From sequence record PZ452592.1: a stretch of DNA of 51,359 nt, one strand, 5' to 3'. Of the stretch, positions 28,364 to 37,945 are shown in pieces (within the stretch, counting starts at the first letter, position 1; each line of letters opens with the position of its first letter). Under the pieces are notes generated by a model. It was not told the origin of the DNA, made no database searches, and saw only the letters and a list, made by a program, of their open reading frames with translations. The position numbers were made by a program, and so were the translations under genes. This stretch comes from a phage.

Positions 28364-30361
28364 ATGATTCCAAATATCGAAAAACAAATATCAGCGTTAG
28401 GCGAGGCAGTAATAAAAAGCATCCAAGAGCGATTCACGGTTGGCAATATAGTGCCTTATCCTTATCAGTGCGTTGCGTATGCCGAGATCGCAAAGCGCAT
28501 GAAAAACTATGAGCATCCTTTCTTTGTTAAGGCTTCTGTGTCGGCTGGCAAAACATTGATGTTTGCGATGGTTGCGGCGCAATGCCGCAAAATGGGATTG
28601 AAAATGATGGTCCTTGCTCGCCAGGCTGAAATTGTTGATCAGGATTCGGAAGAGATCAGCAATCTTGGAGTGCCAAACTCAATCTATTGCGCCGGACTGA
28701 AAACAAAAAGCGCATACTTTCCGATCGTGGTCGGTTCTGAGGGCACTGTAGTAAACGGATTGTTTAAGTCGTTAGGTGATTATGTTCCGCACGTTATCGG
28801 TATTGATGAATGTCACCAGGTGGATTGGGAGGATCTCGCGGACGCGATAGAAAATAATGAATCTTACCAGCAGATGACCACTAAGAAGGATTTGCCAGTA
28901 CTGATTGGAGAAGAACAGCAATTTGATTCCAATGGCGATCCAATGTTCGGAACAGGACGCACACAGTACACCGTAATAATCATGGAAATGATGCGCAGGT
29001 GTCGCGAGGCATACGGGCACGAATTGCGAATATTCGGTATGACTGGATCTGAATTTCGCGGCGTGGTTCCAATACTGGTTGAAGATAAGAACAAAAAGGG
29101 ATTCTGGCGTGAGCAGGTGACTAACATAGACACAAACTACTTAATCAAATTCGGTTCGGTAGTGCCAACAAACTTCGGCGACGTAGGCGACCTGGGTTAT
29201 GACCTTTCAGAGTTCGAAGCCAGTAGCGAGGATGGCGTTTCAGACTTTGACGCTAAAACATTGCGCAAGATGGAAGAAAAGATCCATCAAGACGCAACAA
29301 TGACACAGAAAATCATGGCTAAAGTCCATGAGATATGCAAAGACAGGAACGGAGTTTTAGTTACATGCGCAGGGGAAAGGCACTGCAAGGAGGCCGCCGC
29401 CGCACTGCCGCCAGGCGTTGAATACAGGATCATAACTGGCAAGACTGGAGATAATCAGCGTAAAGAGTGGCTGAGGGAGGCATACGAGGGAAAAGTAAAA
29501 TACATCTTCCAGGTACAGGCGCTTACCACTGGCGTTAACGTTCCGTTTTGGGATACTTCGGTAATACTGAGAAAGATAGGATCTCTAACATTGCTTATCC
29601 AGCTTTTGGGGCGCGGCATGCGACTGCTTAAGCAATGGCACATTGAGCAGGGATTCAAGAAAAAAGATCATCTTGTATTGGATTTTGCAGGTACTATGGA
29701 TGAGTTAGGTGATTTGTATTTCGATCCAATCCTTGAGCAAGCGCAATTCCAAAAGAGATTTACAAACGGGAAAGAGCCTAAGACTTGTCCGATATGTGGA
29801 ACGCTAAACAGCTTTTACGCTCGCCGATGTATGCACGTAGACGATAACGGGAAGCGATGTGAGCATTTTTGGACTTACAGAATTTGCGAGGACCAGGTAG
29901 ATCCGAGAACGAAAAAGATAATCAAGCGCGGTTGCGGAACAAAAAACGACGTAGTGGCGAGAGTATGCCGTTGTTGCGATATTTCTCTTGTCGATCCTAA
30001 CGAGAAGTTAAGCGGTAAGCACTACACCAAAAACGATTGGTGCAACGTTAAATCTTTCCGCGTTGATATGACGAAAAACCAGAAAGGAATTATTTTTTGC
30101 TATGAGCTTGAGGCCAACGGCGACACGTTCAAGGCATACGAAAGATTTTTCCCTGAGTCAGAAAGCAACATTTGCCGGACGATATGGAGAAAAATAGCAT
30201 TGCAGCACATACCGGATCGCAAGATTGCTGGTATGGTGGCGAGCTATAGAAATGCTCGTAAAATAATGTCATACGCTCATCACATCATGCCGCCTGTACG
30301 CGTAACGCATCGCAAAAACGGCAAAGGTGAGGATAACATTGCAAAACGGGAGTTTGTTTAA
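28364..30361 (+). CDS. DNA helicase (SF2, DExH-box)
   Basis: Walker A SAGKT, motif II GIDECHQ; Cys-rich zinc-ribbon-like C-terminal part. Confidence 0.8.
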   Translation: MIPNIEKQISALGEAVIKSIQERFTVGNIVPYPYQCVAYAEIAKRMKNYEHPFFVKASVSAGKTLMFAMVAAQCRKMGLKMMVLARQAEIVDQDSEEISNLGVPNSIYCAGLKTKSAYFPIVVGSEGTVVNGLFKSLGDYVPHVIGIDECHQVDWEDLADAIENNESYQQMTTKKDLPVLIGEEQQFDSNGDPMFGTGRTQYTVIIMEMMRRCREAYGHELRIFGMTGSEFRGVVPILVEDKNKKGFWREQVTNIDTNYLIKFGSVVPTNFGDVGDLGYDLSEFEASSEDGVSDFDAKTLRKMEEKIHQDATMTQKIMAKVHEICKDRNGVLVTCAGERHCKEAAAALPPGVEYRIITGKTGDNQRKEWLREAYEGKVKYIFQVQALTTGVNVPFWDTSVILRKIGSLTLLIQLLGRGMRLLKQWHIEQGFKKKDHLVLDFAGTMDELGDLYFDPILEQAQFQKRFTNGKEPKTCPICGTLNSFYARRCMHVDDNGKRCEHFWTYRICEDQVDPRTKKIIKRGCGTKNDVVARVCRCCDISLVDPNEKLSGKHYTKNDWCNVKSFRVDMTKNQKGIIFCYELEANGDTFKAYERFFPESESNICRTIWRKIALQHIPDRKIAGMVASYRNARKIMSYAHHIMPPVRVTHRKNGKGEDNIAKREFV

Positions 30362-30780
30362 TGGCTATAACTGATAAAGGAGATTATCTTGAGTTTTACG
30401 AAAGAGATCCAACCGACACGAGAAAGGAAGTTAATCACCAGATAGATAGCTTTCAGTGGTTGACTTATGCTCATCCTTATTTGCTAGCGTGGCATACGGT
30501 AAACGAGAATGAGAAGTCGAAAGTAACGGCGATGATTGATCAGCAGTCCGGCTTGGTTAAGGGGGTAAGCGATTTCATCATCCTGATTGGTTCAAACGGA
30601 AAATACCCCTTTGCAGCGATTGAGATCAAACGAGTGAATAAATCAGGCAAGGGGAAAGCATCACCAGTCAGCGATGAACAAAAGGCTTTTTTGCGTCGCG
30701 TTCGCAGCTTAGGAGGATTCGCTGCGGTCGCCTACGGATTTAATCAGTTTAAGTTAGCTATTGAATACATGCTTAAATAG
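30361..30780 (+). CDS. VRR-NUC domain nuclease
   Basis: GVSDFIILIGSNGKYPFAAIEIK...SDEQKAFL matches the VRR-NUC D...ExK pattern; ATG overlaps helicase stop. Confidence 0.65.
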   Translation: MAITDKGDYLEFYERDPTDTRKEVNHQIDSFQWLTYAHPYLLAWHTVNENEKSKVTAMIDQQSGLVKGVSDFIILIGSNGKYPFAAIEIKRVNKSGKGKASPVSDEQKAFLRRVRSLGGFAAVAYGFNQFKLAIEYMLK

Positions 30781-30820
30781 CACTTTTTGTTAAAACTGGC
30801 GCGATGGATTGCGCCATAAT
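30778..30820 (+). promoter_or_regulatory. 19-mer promoter cassette
   Basis: TAGCACTTTTTGTTAAAAC (TAG is the stop of the upstream gene) + 18-nt inverted repeat + CATAAT. Confidence 0.5.
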
Positions 30821-30860
30821 TCAATAACACGAGATGGCTTTTAATAGCGGAGAAATGAAA

Positions 30861-31586
30861 ATGGCTAAAGATATTTTAGATAAAGACACCCATGACGCAT
30901 TCGTTAGCTTTGAGCAGTTGGAGAGAGAAACGTTTATAGGAAATGCTCTTGCAACTGGAGGCCATTACCAGGCAGTAAAGCCAAATCAATATTATAAGGT
31001 AAGCGGCAACCGATACGCTGGAAGCACTACGCCGGACGTTGTGCGCGATATGTGGAGCACGCCTCAAGAGATCGTGGAGTGGATGGAATCAGAATTTGGT
31101 GAATACGATCTCGACGCGGCAGCAAGCCAGGAAAACGCAGTTTGCGAGAAGTTCTACAGCAAGGAAACAAATTGCTTAAAGCGTTGGTGGGGTAGCAACA
31201 AGCACGTATGGCTTAACCCGCCGTACAGCAACCCAACTCCATTTATCAAGAAAGCAATTGAGCAAATGGAGCACAACAACCAAATTGATGTTTTGTTGCC
31301 ATCCGACAACTCTACAGCATGGTTTTATGAGGCGCAGAAAAACGCGGCTGAAATCATCTGGATCACTGGCGAGGTTTACGAAGAGGGTGGAGTAGAATAC
31401 TCCCGCACAGGAAGAATCGCCTTTGTGTCTGGATTGACTGGCGAGCCTGTACAGGGCAACAACAAGGGAAGCGTGATTTTTGTCATGCGCAAACTTAAAG
31501 AAGGAGAGGAGCAGAAAACGCGATACGTTAAGATCAGCGATATTTGCCCCTCTGTAACCGAACGCCGCGCGCGCAAACGGAGCTAA
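30861..31586 (+). CDS. dam: DNA N6-adenine methyltransferase (Dam-like)
   Basis: motif LNPPYS ((D/N)PPY) and DLDAAAS; start taken at ATG 30861 after GGAG (alternatives 30834, 30855). Confidence 0.7.
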   Translation: MAKDILDKDTHDAFVSFEQLERETFIGNALATGGHYQAVKPNQYYKVSGNRYAGSTTPDVVRDMWSTPQEIVEWMESEFGEYDLDAAASQENAVCEKFYSKETNCLKRWWGSNKHVWLNPPYSNPTPFIKKAIEQMEHNNQIDVLLPSDNSTAWFYEAQKNAAEIIWITGEVYEEGGVEYSRTGRIAFVSGLTGEPVQGNNKGSVIFVMRKLKEGEEQKTRYVKISDICPSVTERRARKRS

Positions 31587-31590
31587 CACG

Positions 31591-31848
31591 ATGAAAAAAG
31601 AGAGAAGCGTTTATTTAAATGAAACTGGCGAGTGGTTGTTATTTCGCGCTATGGTGTGCGATGCACTTGATAAAAACCCTAACGTGAAAAAGATGATTGA
31701 TTGCGATCCGTGGGAATTTTCAAGCGCATTAGATATTAGCTTTGATGAGACAAGAAAACTCCCTCTTGAAAAATGGCACGAACAAATCAGAAATGATATG
31801 CAAGAGTTTGTAGATTCGTGGAATTTTCAGAACGGAATGATCCACTAA
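31591..31848 (+). CDS. hypothetical protein
   Basis: 85-aa ORF, GGAG 8 nt upstream. Confidence 0.5.
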   Translation: MKKERSVYLNETGEWLLFRAMVCDALDKNPNVKKMIDCDPWEFSSALDISFDETRKLPLEKWHEQIRNDMQEFVDSWNFQNGMIH

Positions 31849-31891
31849 TAGCACTTTTTGTTAAAACGCCCGGCATTTTGTCGGGCATAAT
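31849..31891 (+). promoter_or_regulatory. 19-mer promoter cassette
   Basis: TAGCACTTTTTGTTAAAAC + 18-nt hairpin GCCCGGC...GTCGGGC + CATAAT, then TTCATCGAAACGAA leader. Confidence 0.5.
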
Positions 31892-31917
31892 TATTTCATC
31901 GAAACGAACGTGAGGAA

Positions 31918-32103
31918 ATGAAAATGGTAGTATATAGCAAGAAAGCATTTGACAAGGCGCAACAAGCCGCACGCGAGGCGGTAAAAGGTGGAACGAAAAA
32001 CAATATGCAGCTTGATTGGGGCGCTGCAATGATTCTACTTCGCGTTGCATATGGTCACTACCCATTAGAATTTGCGGAGGCATATTATAAGCATGAAGGT
32101 TGA
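31918..32103 (+). CDS. hypothetical protein
   Basis: 61-aa ORF after RBS GAGG (start 31918 or 31924). Confidence 0.5.
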   Translation: MKMVVYSKKAFDKAQQAAREAVKGGTKNNMQLDWGAAMILLRVAYGHYPLEFAEAYYKHEG

Positions 32104-32335
32104 ACAAGGTAGAGAGGCGGTATGGAATCACGCTAAAGAATGCGGAATAGCCGACGATATAAAGAAGATCGCGCAATACTTTGATATTGCAGATGTGAGC
32201 ATAATTAGCGGCGATAAGATGACTTTCCTCAAGGAAAGGCCGCGAAAAATGGTAAGAGTTCCAGCAGTTCCAACAAAAATTGATTTCAAAGAGGCAATGG
32301 CTAAAATCCGAGAGCCTCGCAAATATTATAAATGA
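32093..32335 (+). CDS. hypothetical protein
   Basis: 80-aa ORF from ATG 32093, GGAGG 12 nt upstream; overlaps previous stop. Confidence 0.45.
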   Translation: MKVEQGREAVWNHAKECGIADDIKKIAQYFDIADVSIISGDKMTFLKERPRKMVRVPAVPTKIDFKEAMAKIREPRKYYK

Positions 32336-32429
32336 GGATAGTTATCATGTGGCGCTTGTTTGTTCTACCGTTACCCGTTATCATCGCTGTTACAGTTATG
32401 TACCATATAGTGATGAGATAGGTAGCAGA

Positions 32430-33545
32430 ATGAAAAATGTAAAAATTACAGATGAGCAATTCAAGATCGAACGGGCGGCGGGTAAGACATATAAACAGAT
32501 CGCTCAAGAGTACGGAATGAATGTGAGAAGCGTCGAGCGTCGCGCGGCGCGACTTGCAAAGCAAGGCCAGGTATCCACCATTGGAGCGCCTGGTTTTGGC
32601 GTTCATGGTGAGTCAGTAATGACTGACAAAGAAGGCAACATAATCCTAAAGTGGACTAAAACCAGCAAGGATAAAGAGCAATTAGAAGCATTAATGCGCG
32701 CAGCAATGGAGGCATTTAGCGAGGAAGTGCCGCGATTAGATCCGGTTCCATTACAGGAGCGCGACTATAACGAAACGCTTTCCTTGTATCCGATCTTTGA
32801 CATGCACTTAGGCGCTATGGCCCATAAGCACGAATGCGGCGAAAATTGGGATACTGCCACGGCAGAGCGCGTTATGAATAACTTTATCGACTATGCTTTA
32901 ATGTGCGCACCGGATAGCGAAAAGGCTGTCATCCTGATTGGTGGCGATATGCTGCATAGCGACGGCCTGGAGGCGGTTACACCTGCAAGCGGTCACGTAC
33001 TGGATCAAGATAGTCGATATGCAAAATTGGTTTACGTTGCCATCCGTGCAATGCGACGCGCAATCAATAAAATGTTGTTAAAGCATAAACATGTTGAAGT
33101 CCAGATCGTAGAGGGCAATCATGACCAATCAGGAATGATTTGGCTGCGCGCAGCAATGGCGGCAGCATATGAAAACGAGCCGCGCGTTTACGTTGATGTT
33201 TCACCTCGCGTTGTGCACCATACGCAATACGGAAAAACTTTCCTTGCGTACCATCACGGGCACACAGTGCGCAAGCCTGAAACGTTGCTAATGATGTGCG
33301 CGTCCGATTGGCGGGAGGACTTCGGAAACTCAAAAACTATGTATGCGCACGTAGGGCATTGGCATCACCAGACCGTAACGGAAACGTCGCTTGGCATCGT
33401 GGAAGTACATAGCACCCTGGCGGCAAAAGACGCATACGCCGCGCGCGGTGGCTGGAGATCTCGACGCCGTGCGGCGGTTATCATTTACGACAAAGAGCAT
33501 GGAGAGGTGGGGCGATTTGTTCACTATCCAGAAATGATGAATTGA
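32430..33545 (+). CDS. metallophosphoesterase with N-terminal HTH
   Basis: motifs FDMHLG, GGDMLHSDG, GNHD, GHWHH; N-terminal HTH-like KTYKQIAQEYGMNVRSVERRAARL; start ATG 32430 uncertain. Confidence 0.55.
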   Translation: MKNVKITDEQFKIERAAGKTYKQIAQEYGMNVRSVERRAARLAKQGQVSTIGAPGFGVHGESVMTDKEGNIILKWTKTSKDKEQLEALMRAAMEAFSEEVPRLDPVPLQERDYNETLSLYPIFDMHLGAMAHKHECGENWDTATAERVMNNFIDYALMCAPDSEKAVILIGGDMLHSDGLEAVTPASGHVLDQDSRYAKLVYVAIRAMRRAINKMLLKHKHVEVQIVEGNHDQSGMIWLRAAMAAAYENEPRVYVDVSPRVVHHTQYGKTFLAYHHGHTVRKPETLLMMCASDWREDFGNSKTMYAHVGHWHHQTVTETSLGIVEVHSTLAAKDAYAARGGWRSRRRAAVIIYDKEHGEVGRFVHYPEMMN

Positions 33546-33591
33546 TGAATTTTTATTTAAATCAATGACAAATTAAATCAAAAACTTGCAA

Positions 33592-33620
33592 GGGGGCGGC
33601 GTTTGTCGCCTCTTTTTTTT
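33592..33620 (+). terminator. intrinsic terminator
   Basis: short GC stem GGCG-TTTGT-CGCC followed by T8. Confidence 0.5.
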
Positions 33621-33691
33621 GTTTAATTTTTTTACCATGTACGTTTATCATGCGGTCAATATATTGACTTTAATTAATATGGAGAATAAAA

Positions 33692-33907
33692 ATGAAAGAT
33701 TTTATTAACGCAGCTACCGCCGGATCTGGCGGTTCATCTATCGCAAGCGCCGCTACAGGGCAGTTAACCATTGCTATTGCCAGCTTTGTTTTAATGGCTG
33801 CATTCGGTGCATGGGGCGCTTACCTTCGCTGGCGTGATAGTAAAAAATTCCACGAGGCGATCGAAAAAGGTGATATTCAAAAAGCTATTGAGATCAGGGG
33901 CAAGTAA
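33692..33907 (+). CDS. holin
   Basis: 71-aa ORF with one hydrophobic helix ([21 protein letters not shown]) and charged C-terminus; directly upstream of endolysin. Confidence 0.6.
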   Translation: MKDFINAATAGSGGSSIASAATGQLTIAIASFVLMAAFGAWGAYLRWRDSKKFHEAIEKGDIQKAIEIRGK

Positions 33908-34398
33908 TGAGCATAAAGAACAGGGTAGCGGCTGCGGCCTTTGGCGTTGCGGTTGCCTTGACTTCTCCACTTCTTGAAGAGATCGAAGGGGTAAGATACA
34001 AGCCATACAAAGATATTGCGGGGGTATGGACGGTTTGCGCAGGAATCACCGGACCCGATGTTATCCTGGGGAAAACGTACACTAAAAAAGAGTGTGATGC
34101 TTTGTTGGCTAAGCATATCCAGGTTGCTAAAAAGGAAGTTGACAAGCAAGTTAATGTTGACATTCCTGATAGTATGCGTGCAGCAATGTACTCATTCACT
34201 TACAATGCAGGTGTGGGAGCTTTCAGAAATTCAACAATGCTGAAACTCATCAACCAGGGGAAATTAAACGAGGCTTGCGATCAGCTTTATCGTTGGACTT
34301 ATTACCATAACCCAAAAACAGGAAAGCGCGAGAAGTCTAAAGGCTTACTTAACAGGCGCAAGGTCGAATACAAATATTGCACAATGGATCTGAAATGA
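33907..34398 (+). CDS. SAR endolysin (T4-lysozyme-like)
   Basis: catalytic E-x8-D-x5-T ([16 protein letters not shown]); Ala/Gly-rich N-terminal signal-anchor [16 protein letters not shown]. Confidence 0.85.
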   Translation: MSIKNRVAAAAFGVAVALTSPLLEEIEGVRYKPYKDIAGVWTVCAGITGPDVILGKTYTKKECDALLAKHIQVAKKEVDKQVNVDIPDSMRAAMYSFTYNAGVGAFRNSTMLKLINQGKLNEACDQLYRWTYYHNPKTGKREKSKGLLNRRKVEYKYCTMDLK

Positions 34399-34790
34399 TG
34401 AAGAAATTTTTAATCGCACCAATCGCAATGGCGGTGATCTTGTCTGGATGTTCAAGCGTTACGCCACTGACCGGATTAATCGGCAGTAAGCCGGAAATCA
34501 CAGCACAGGCTGGCGCGGAGAACGTGAAGCAGACAGTTGGCATTACAGCAAAGCAGGACGCCAGCACAAAACAGGAAACCACAATAAAGGAATCTGCGGT
34601 TGACAAGGTGGACACGTCCATCAAGAAGGATTTCACAACATCAACCATTCAGGCCAATACCATCAAGGCAGACAAAATTCAGGTCGTGCAGGGTAATAAC
34701 GGCAGATGGTACGATCCGGTAATCATATGCGTGGTTGTGTTAATTGTGCTGATTTGTCTTTACTGGAGAGAAAAGAAAAAGGAGGCTTAA
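34395..34790 (+). CDS. unimolecular spanin (u-spanin)
   Basis: N-terminal lipoprotein signal with lipobox LSGC plus C-terminal transmembrane helix [16 protein letters not shown]; overlaps endolysin stop. Confidence 0.75.
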   Translation: MMKKFLIAPIAMAVILSGCSSVTPLTGLIGSKPEITAQAGAENVKQTVGITAKQDASTKQETTIKESAVDKVDTSIKKDFTTSTIQANTIKADKIQVVQGNNGRWYDPVIICVVVLIVLICLYWREKKKEA

Positions 34791-34806
34791 TGCCTCCTTT
34801 ATTTTT
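34779..34806. terminator. bidirectional intrinsic terminator
   Basis: hairpin AAGGAGGC-TTAAT-GCCTCCTT with A-run before and T-run after, between convergent genes. Confidence 0.7.
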
Positions 34807-35029
34807 ATGCGTCGGGCCACATATGAGTTTCGTTTGTTGGCTTGTTCGATTCGTCGTACTGCCTTACTTCAATGCTGCAAGTGTCGCCATACATTTCTGC
34901 AATCTTGCGCTCATTTTCAACCGCCGATTGCTCACTCCATCCAAAACCTCTGTCGTAAATTGTCGGGATTTCAGCAGAAGATCCGTTGTCATGATTATAT
35001 ACGCGAACTACTAAAAACTTGCTGGACAT
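34805..35029 (-). CDS. hypothetical protein
   Basis: 74-aa ORF downstream of cassette at 35066. Confidence 0.5.
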   Translation of the reverse strand: MSSKFLVVRVYNHDNGSSAEIPTIYDRGFGWSEQSAVENERKIAEMYGDTCSIEVRQYDESNKPTNETHMWPDA

Positions 35030-35065
35030 AATTTTACCTTTTGGTTGTTTCGTTTCGATGAAACA

Positions 35066-35108
35066 AATATACCCGACACTAGGCCGGGCGTTTTAACAAA
35101 AAATGCTA
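35066..35108 (-). promoter_or_regulatory. 19-mer promoter cassette
   Basis: minus strand: TAGCATTTTTTGTTAAAAC + 18-nt hairpin + TATATT + TTTCATCGAAACGAA leader. Confidence 0.5.
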
Positions 35109-35226
35109 TTCCATACGCTTTACCGTAACCAGTAATACACCATCATCATTGCATAAAACATGTTCAGTGGTGCTAAAAGCGCGCATATCTGAATAAAGTA
35201 GCGTAAGTAAAGCATGAATAAAATCC

Positions 35227-35622
35227 TCATGTGATATTGAATTTACGGCGCAGTGCTTCAAGATCTTGTCTATTAGCTTTTGCCTGGAACAATTCATCAT
35301 CGCCCATCTCCCCTATTCTAGCCATATCCCTGATCCAGTCGTTGCGCATACCATCCAGGCTATAAAATTCGAATCCGAAAGGCCGCTTTGACGATCCTTT
35401 GGACCAGTATTTACCGCAGACCCCATCTATATAGCCAGCCGTCATCATTCTTGCGCAAAATTCCTTAGATGCAAGGCTGGCGAACATTCGCGGAGTAAGT
35501 CCGGCGGCCCGTGCGAGCCGCTCACATTCTCTATGCTGATAGATAAATTTGGCTATGTGCTGCCTGTTAAACCAGTCGTATGACTCACACCATTTATACA
35601 GATCAAGCAAAAACATAATCAT
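35227..35622 (-). CDS. hypothetical protein
   Basis: 131-aa ORF, start overlaps stop of upstream gene. Confidence 0.5.
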   Translation of the reverse strand: MIMFLLDLYKWCESYDWFNRQHIAKFIYQHRECERLARAAGLTPRMFASLASKEFCARMMTAGYIDGVCGKYWSKGSSKRPFGFEFYSLDGMRNDWIRDMARIGEMGDDELFQAKANRQDLEALRRKFNIT

Positions 35623-37199
35623 CCCAGCAGTATTGGATTGACAAAAATAACACCATTAATCACACAAACATAATTTCTTTCTTCCAGCATTGGCAGCAAG
35701 TGCCCTTCTATCCTCTTCATTACGCCAGCCTGACCAACGAAAGGTTTTACCTTTCTCGCTGATTCGTACAGGGCGCGAATATTCAGGATCCCTTTGTTAG
35801 CCTTGCCGTGCCTCGTGATCAATTCAATCAATTTACCCATTTCAGCATCATCACCAGCATAACCAGAAGCATTGGCGGCGCTAATGTATGTTTTGCTCAA
35901 CTCCTGAAACATGATCAGAGCCTCTTGCATTGTATCTACGTCGATCTCTTTCGACTTCTGCGGGTATCCAGCAGGATTAAACCAGTTGCGTATAACATGC
36001 AGGACGGAAGCAAGCCTGATCACCTGTTTATCCATTTTACCCAGCGCACCGCGTAACATTGTATGAGAATACTTTCCTCCGTCTGCAAGATGCGGTTCCA
36101 TATCCTGGCGAGCAATGTTGAGCACTCGCATAGCTGAACGGCTTATTTTCAGCGATATATTTGATTCGCTCATGATGTTATGCACCAATTGATAATATTG
36201 GGCTTTCAATTCAGAATCCACCGCCTCATAGGTAGAATCACCATTTTCATCAATGAATGAGCGACGGCCTAAGAATGATTCCTCGCGGACCAACAAAAAA
36301 CGCTCACTAACACCGATGCCTCGCGATCCAGCGTCCATTATTCCGCTTATCGTTTCATCCTGGGCTATAACGCTCATACATCCAAGCGCGCGAAAACTCA
36401 TATTATTGTCAGCATTAGCGCGGGCAATTGATACGTGACCATTATCCCACGCCTTAAGCACTAACTCACTGTTAGTCTTCCTTTCGCTATTTGCATAGGT
36501 CAAGCCTAACAGACTGTTAATACTTGTTGCTTCATCAGATATTACGGCAAAGTTACCTTGCTTGTTGTTGATTTTCGCCAAGCCTTCTGGAGTTGTATCT
36601 GAAACAGGAAAAGTTATATCACACATTTTTTCCAGTTTTTCCTCCAGATCCTCTTTTTCCTGGTATAGAGATTCCATATCAGCGCCGGATCTTTCGCTTT
36701 TCATCTCCTTTGCAAGACCTGCCAGCTTTGCCTGTATTTTCTTTCTTTCCTTGCGGCGTTGCTCGTTGATCTTCTCAACTTCCGCAATCATCGGAGCAAT
36801 AGCCATGCTGTTGATCGCAGATTTACCAGTTGACGGCGGCTGGCTTGTAACGACGTAAAGCGCAGTCGGCTGATCGGTTCCGTGATAGTCAACCGTAAAG
36901 CGTCCAAGCATAGCGGCAGAAATGCAGCCGATAAAGTGCATGTAAGCCGATGATTCAGGGAATTGAACGGATCGCGCAATGCTGCGTGATAACTTGCCGA
37001 CAACATCAATATCATTACCAAGAGAAATAACGGGGTAGCGATCGTGACCGCTATTCACATCCTTTACGTCGCCCCAAAAGCTGGACGACTGGCGATAGCC
37101 GTTAGCCTGAATTGATACGCGAACTGGTGAGAGGTTCTGGCTTTCAGCCATAGCGATTATTTGCTGTGGAGTTAATTTGTTCGTTTCTAATGAAAACAT
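35619..37199 (-). CDS. P-loop NTPase (DUF3987-like), putative replication protein
   Basis: 526-aa ORF; P-loop SQPPSTGKSAI; RBS AAGGAG upstream of ATG 37199. Confidence 0.5.
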   Translation of the reverse strand: MFSLETNKLTPQQIIAMAESQNLSPVRVSIQANGYRQSSSFWGDVKDVNSGHDRYPVISLGNDIDVVGKLSRSIARSVQFPESSAYMHFIGCISAAMLGRFTVDYHGTDQPTALYVVTSQPPSTGKSAINSMAIAPMIAEVEKINEQRRKERKKIQAKLAGLAKEMKSERSGADMESLYQEKEDLEEKLEKMCDITFPVSDTTPEGLAKINNKQGNFAVISDEATSINSLLGLTYANSERKTNSELVLKAWDNGHVSIARANADNNMSFRALGCMSVIAQDETISGIMDAGSRGIGVSERFLLVREESFLGRRSFIDENGDSTYEAVDSELKAQYYQLVHNIMSESNISLKISRSAMRVLNIARQDMEPHLADGGKYSHTMLRGALGKMDKQVIRLASVLHVIRNWFNPAGYPQKSKEIDVDTMQEALIMFQELSKTYISAANASGYAGDDAEMGKLIELITRHGKANKGILNIRALYESARKVKPFVGQAGVMKRIEGHLLPMLEERNYVCVINGVIFVNPILLG

Positions 37200-37227
37200 T
37201 CGTTAGCTTCTCCTTTGTGGGCCGTAA

Positions 37228-37271
37228 ATTTTAACGGCCCAATACTACCCCGTTTTGTCAAAAAGTGCTAT
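37228..37271 (-). promoter_or_regulatory. 19-mer promoter cassette
   Basis: minus strand: TAGCACTTTTTGACAAAAC + 18 nt + TAAAAT (in hairpin loop), then RBS. Confidence 0.5.
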
Positions 37272-37489
37272 TTGATCCGCTCTATTGCAACCAGAAGTCG
37301 ATCAGGCTGGCGGTCGCTGTAGCATTCTCCTGTAATCCCATCCTTAAACGTAAAGTAAAGCGCCTTATGATATGAAAAACCAATCAGCCAACCTACCGCC
37401 GTTTTTTTGATGGGCCTGACTATATCGCCAGGCTTGAAAGTCTTTGTGGTAGAATGCGTTACTTTGTAACGGTTCTCACTGTTTATCAC
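37268..37489 (-). CDS. hypothetical protein
   Basis: 73-aa ORF; stop TAG lies in the 19-mer; start overlaps upstream stop. Confidence 0.5.
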   Translation of the reverse strand: MINSENRYKVTHSTTKTFKPGDIVRPIKKTAVGWLIGFSYHKALYFTFKDGITGECYSDRQPDRLLVAIERIK

Positions 37490-37872
37490 AGATATTTGCC
37501 CTCAAACAGATAACATCCGCCAGCAGAGAATCCGACCTCTTCACGGTACAGGTTCCAGCGGTCGCCGCACTCATCAAAAACATAACCCGCAACGCTTCCA
37601 AGCGGTCGCCCTTTCTCGATCTGGTATCGCTTGCCCTGCTTAAAGTGCTTTTTGCACGGCATGTTATGATCTACAAACGTGCAAAGAACGGTTTTTGTGT
37701 TAATGGTGCGGTAATCATCTCGGTTTGCTGGAAGCCAGCGGCTACCCTTAACAAGCGTCTTAACCTGGAACTCTTCCACCTCGATCACATCATTACTTCC
37801 TGCAATCTTCTGATAAACCGTTTTAAAACGGCCTTTCATCAATACGTTGGTTTCATTACAGATAACATTCAT
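37486..37872 (-). CDS. hypothetical protein
   Basis: 128-aa ORF with RBS AAGGAG, downstream of cassette at 37902. Confidence 0.5.
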   Translation of the reverse strand: MNVICNETNVLMKGRFKTVYQKIAGSNDVIEVEEFQVKTLVKGSRWLPANRDDYRTINTKTVLCTFVDHNMPCKKHFKQGKRYQIEKGRPLGSVAGYVFDECGDRWNLYREEVGFSAGGCYLFEGKYL

Positions 37873-37901
37873 GATTAGATCTCCTTTGTTTGTTCGATGT
37901 G

Positions 37902-37945
37902 ATTATGCCAGGTTTTTACACCTGGCTTTTAACAAAAAGTGCTAT
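37902..37945 (-). promoter_or_regulatory. 19-mer promoter cassette
   Basis: minus strand: TAGCACTTTTTGTTAAAAG + 18-nt hairpin CCAGGTGTAAAAACCTGG + CATAAT. Confidence 0.5.

Noticed and set aside
35106-35300. 64-aa minus-strand ORF ending in the 19-mer at 35106
   Set aside because: Overlaps the 3-prime end of 35227..35622 by about 70 nt; its stop is just the TAG built into the 19-mer. A short peptide (26-31 aa) may be encoded at 35106..35226, but I could not choose a frame.
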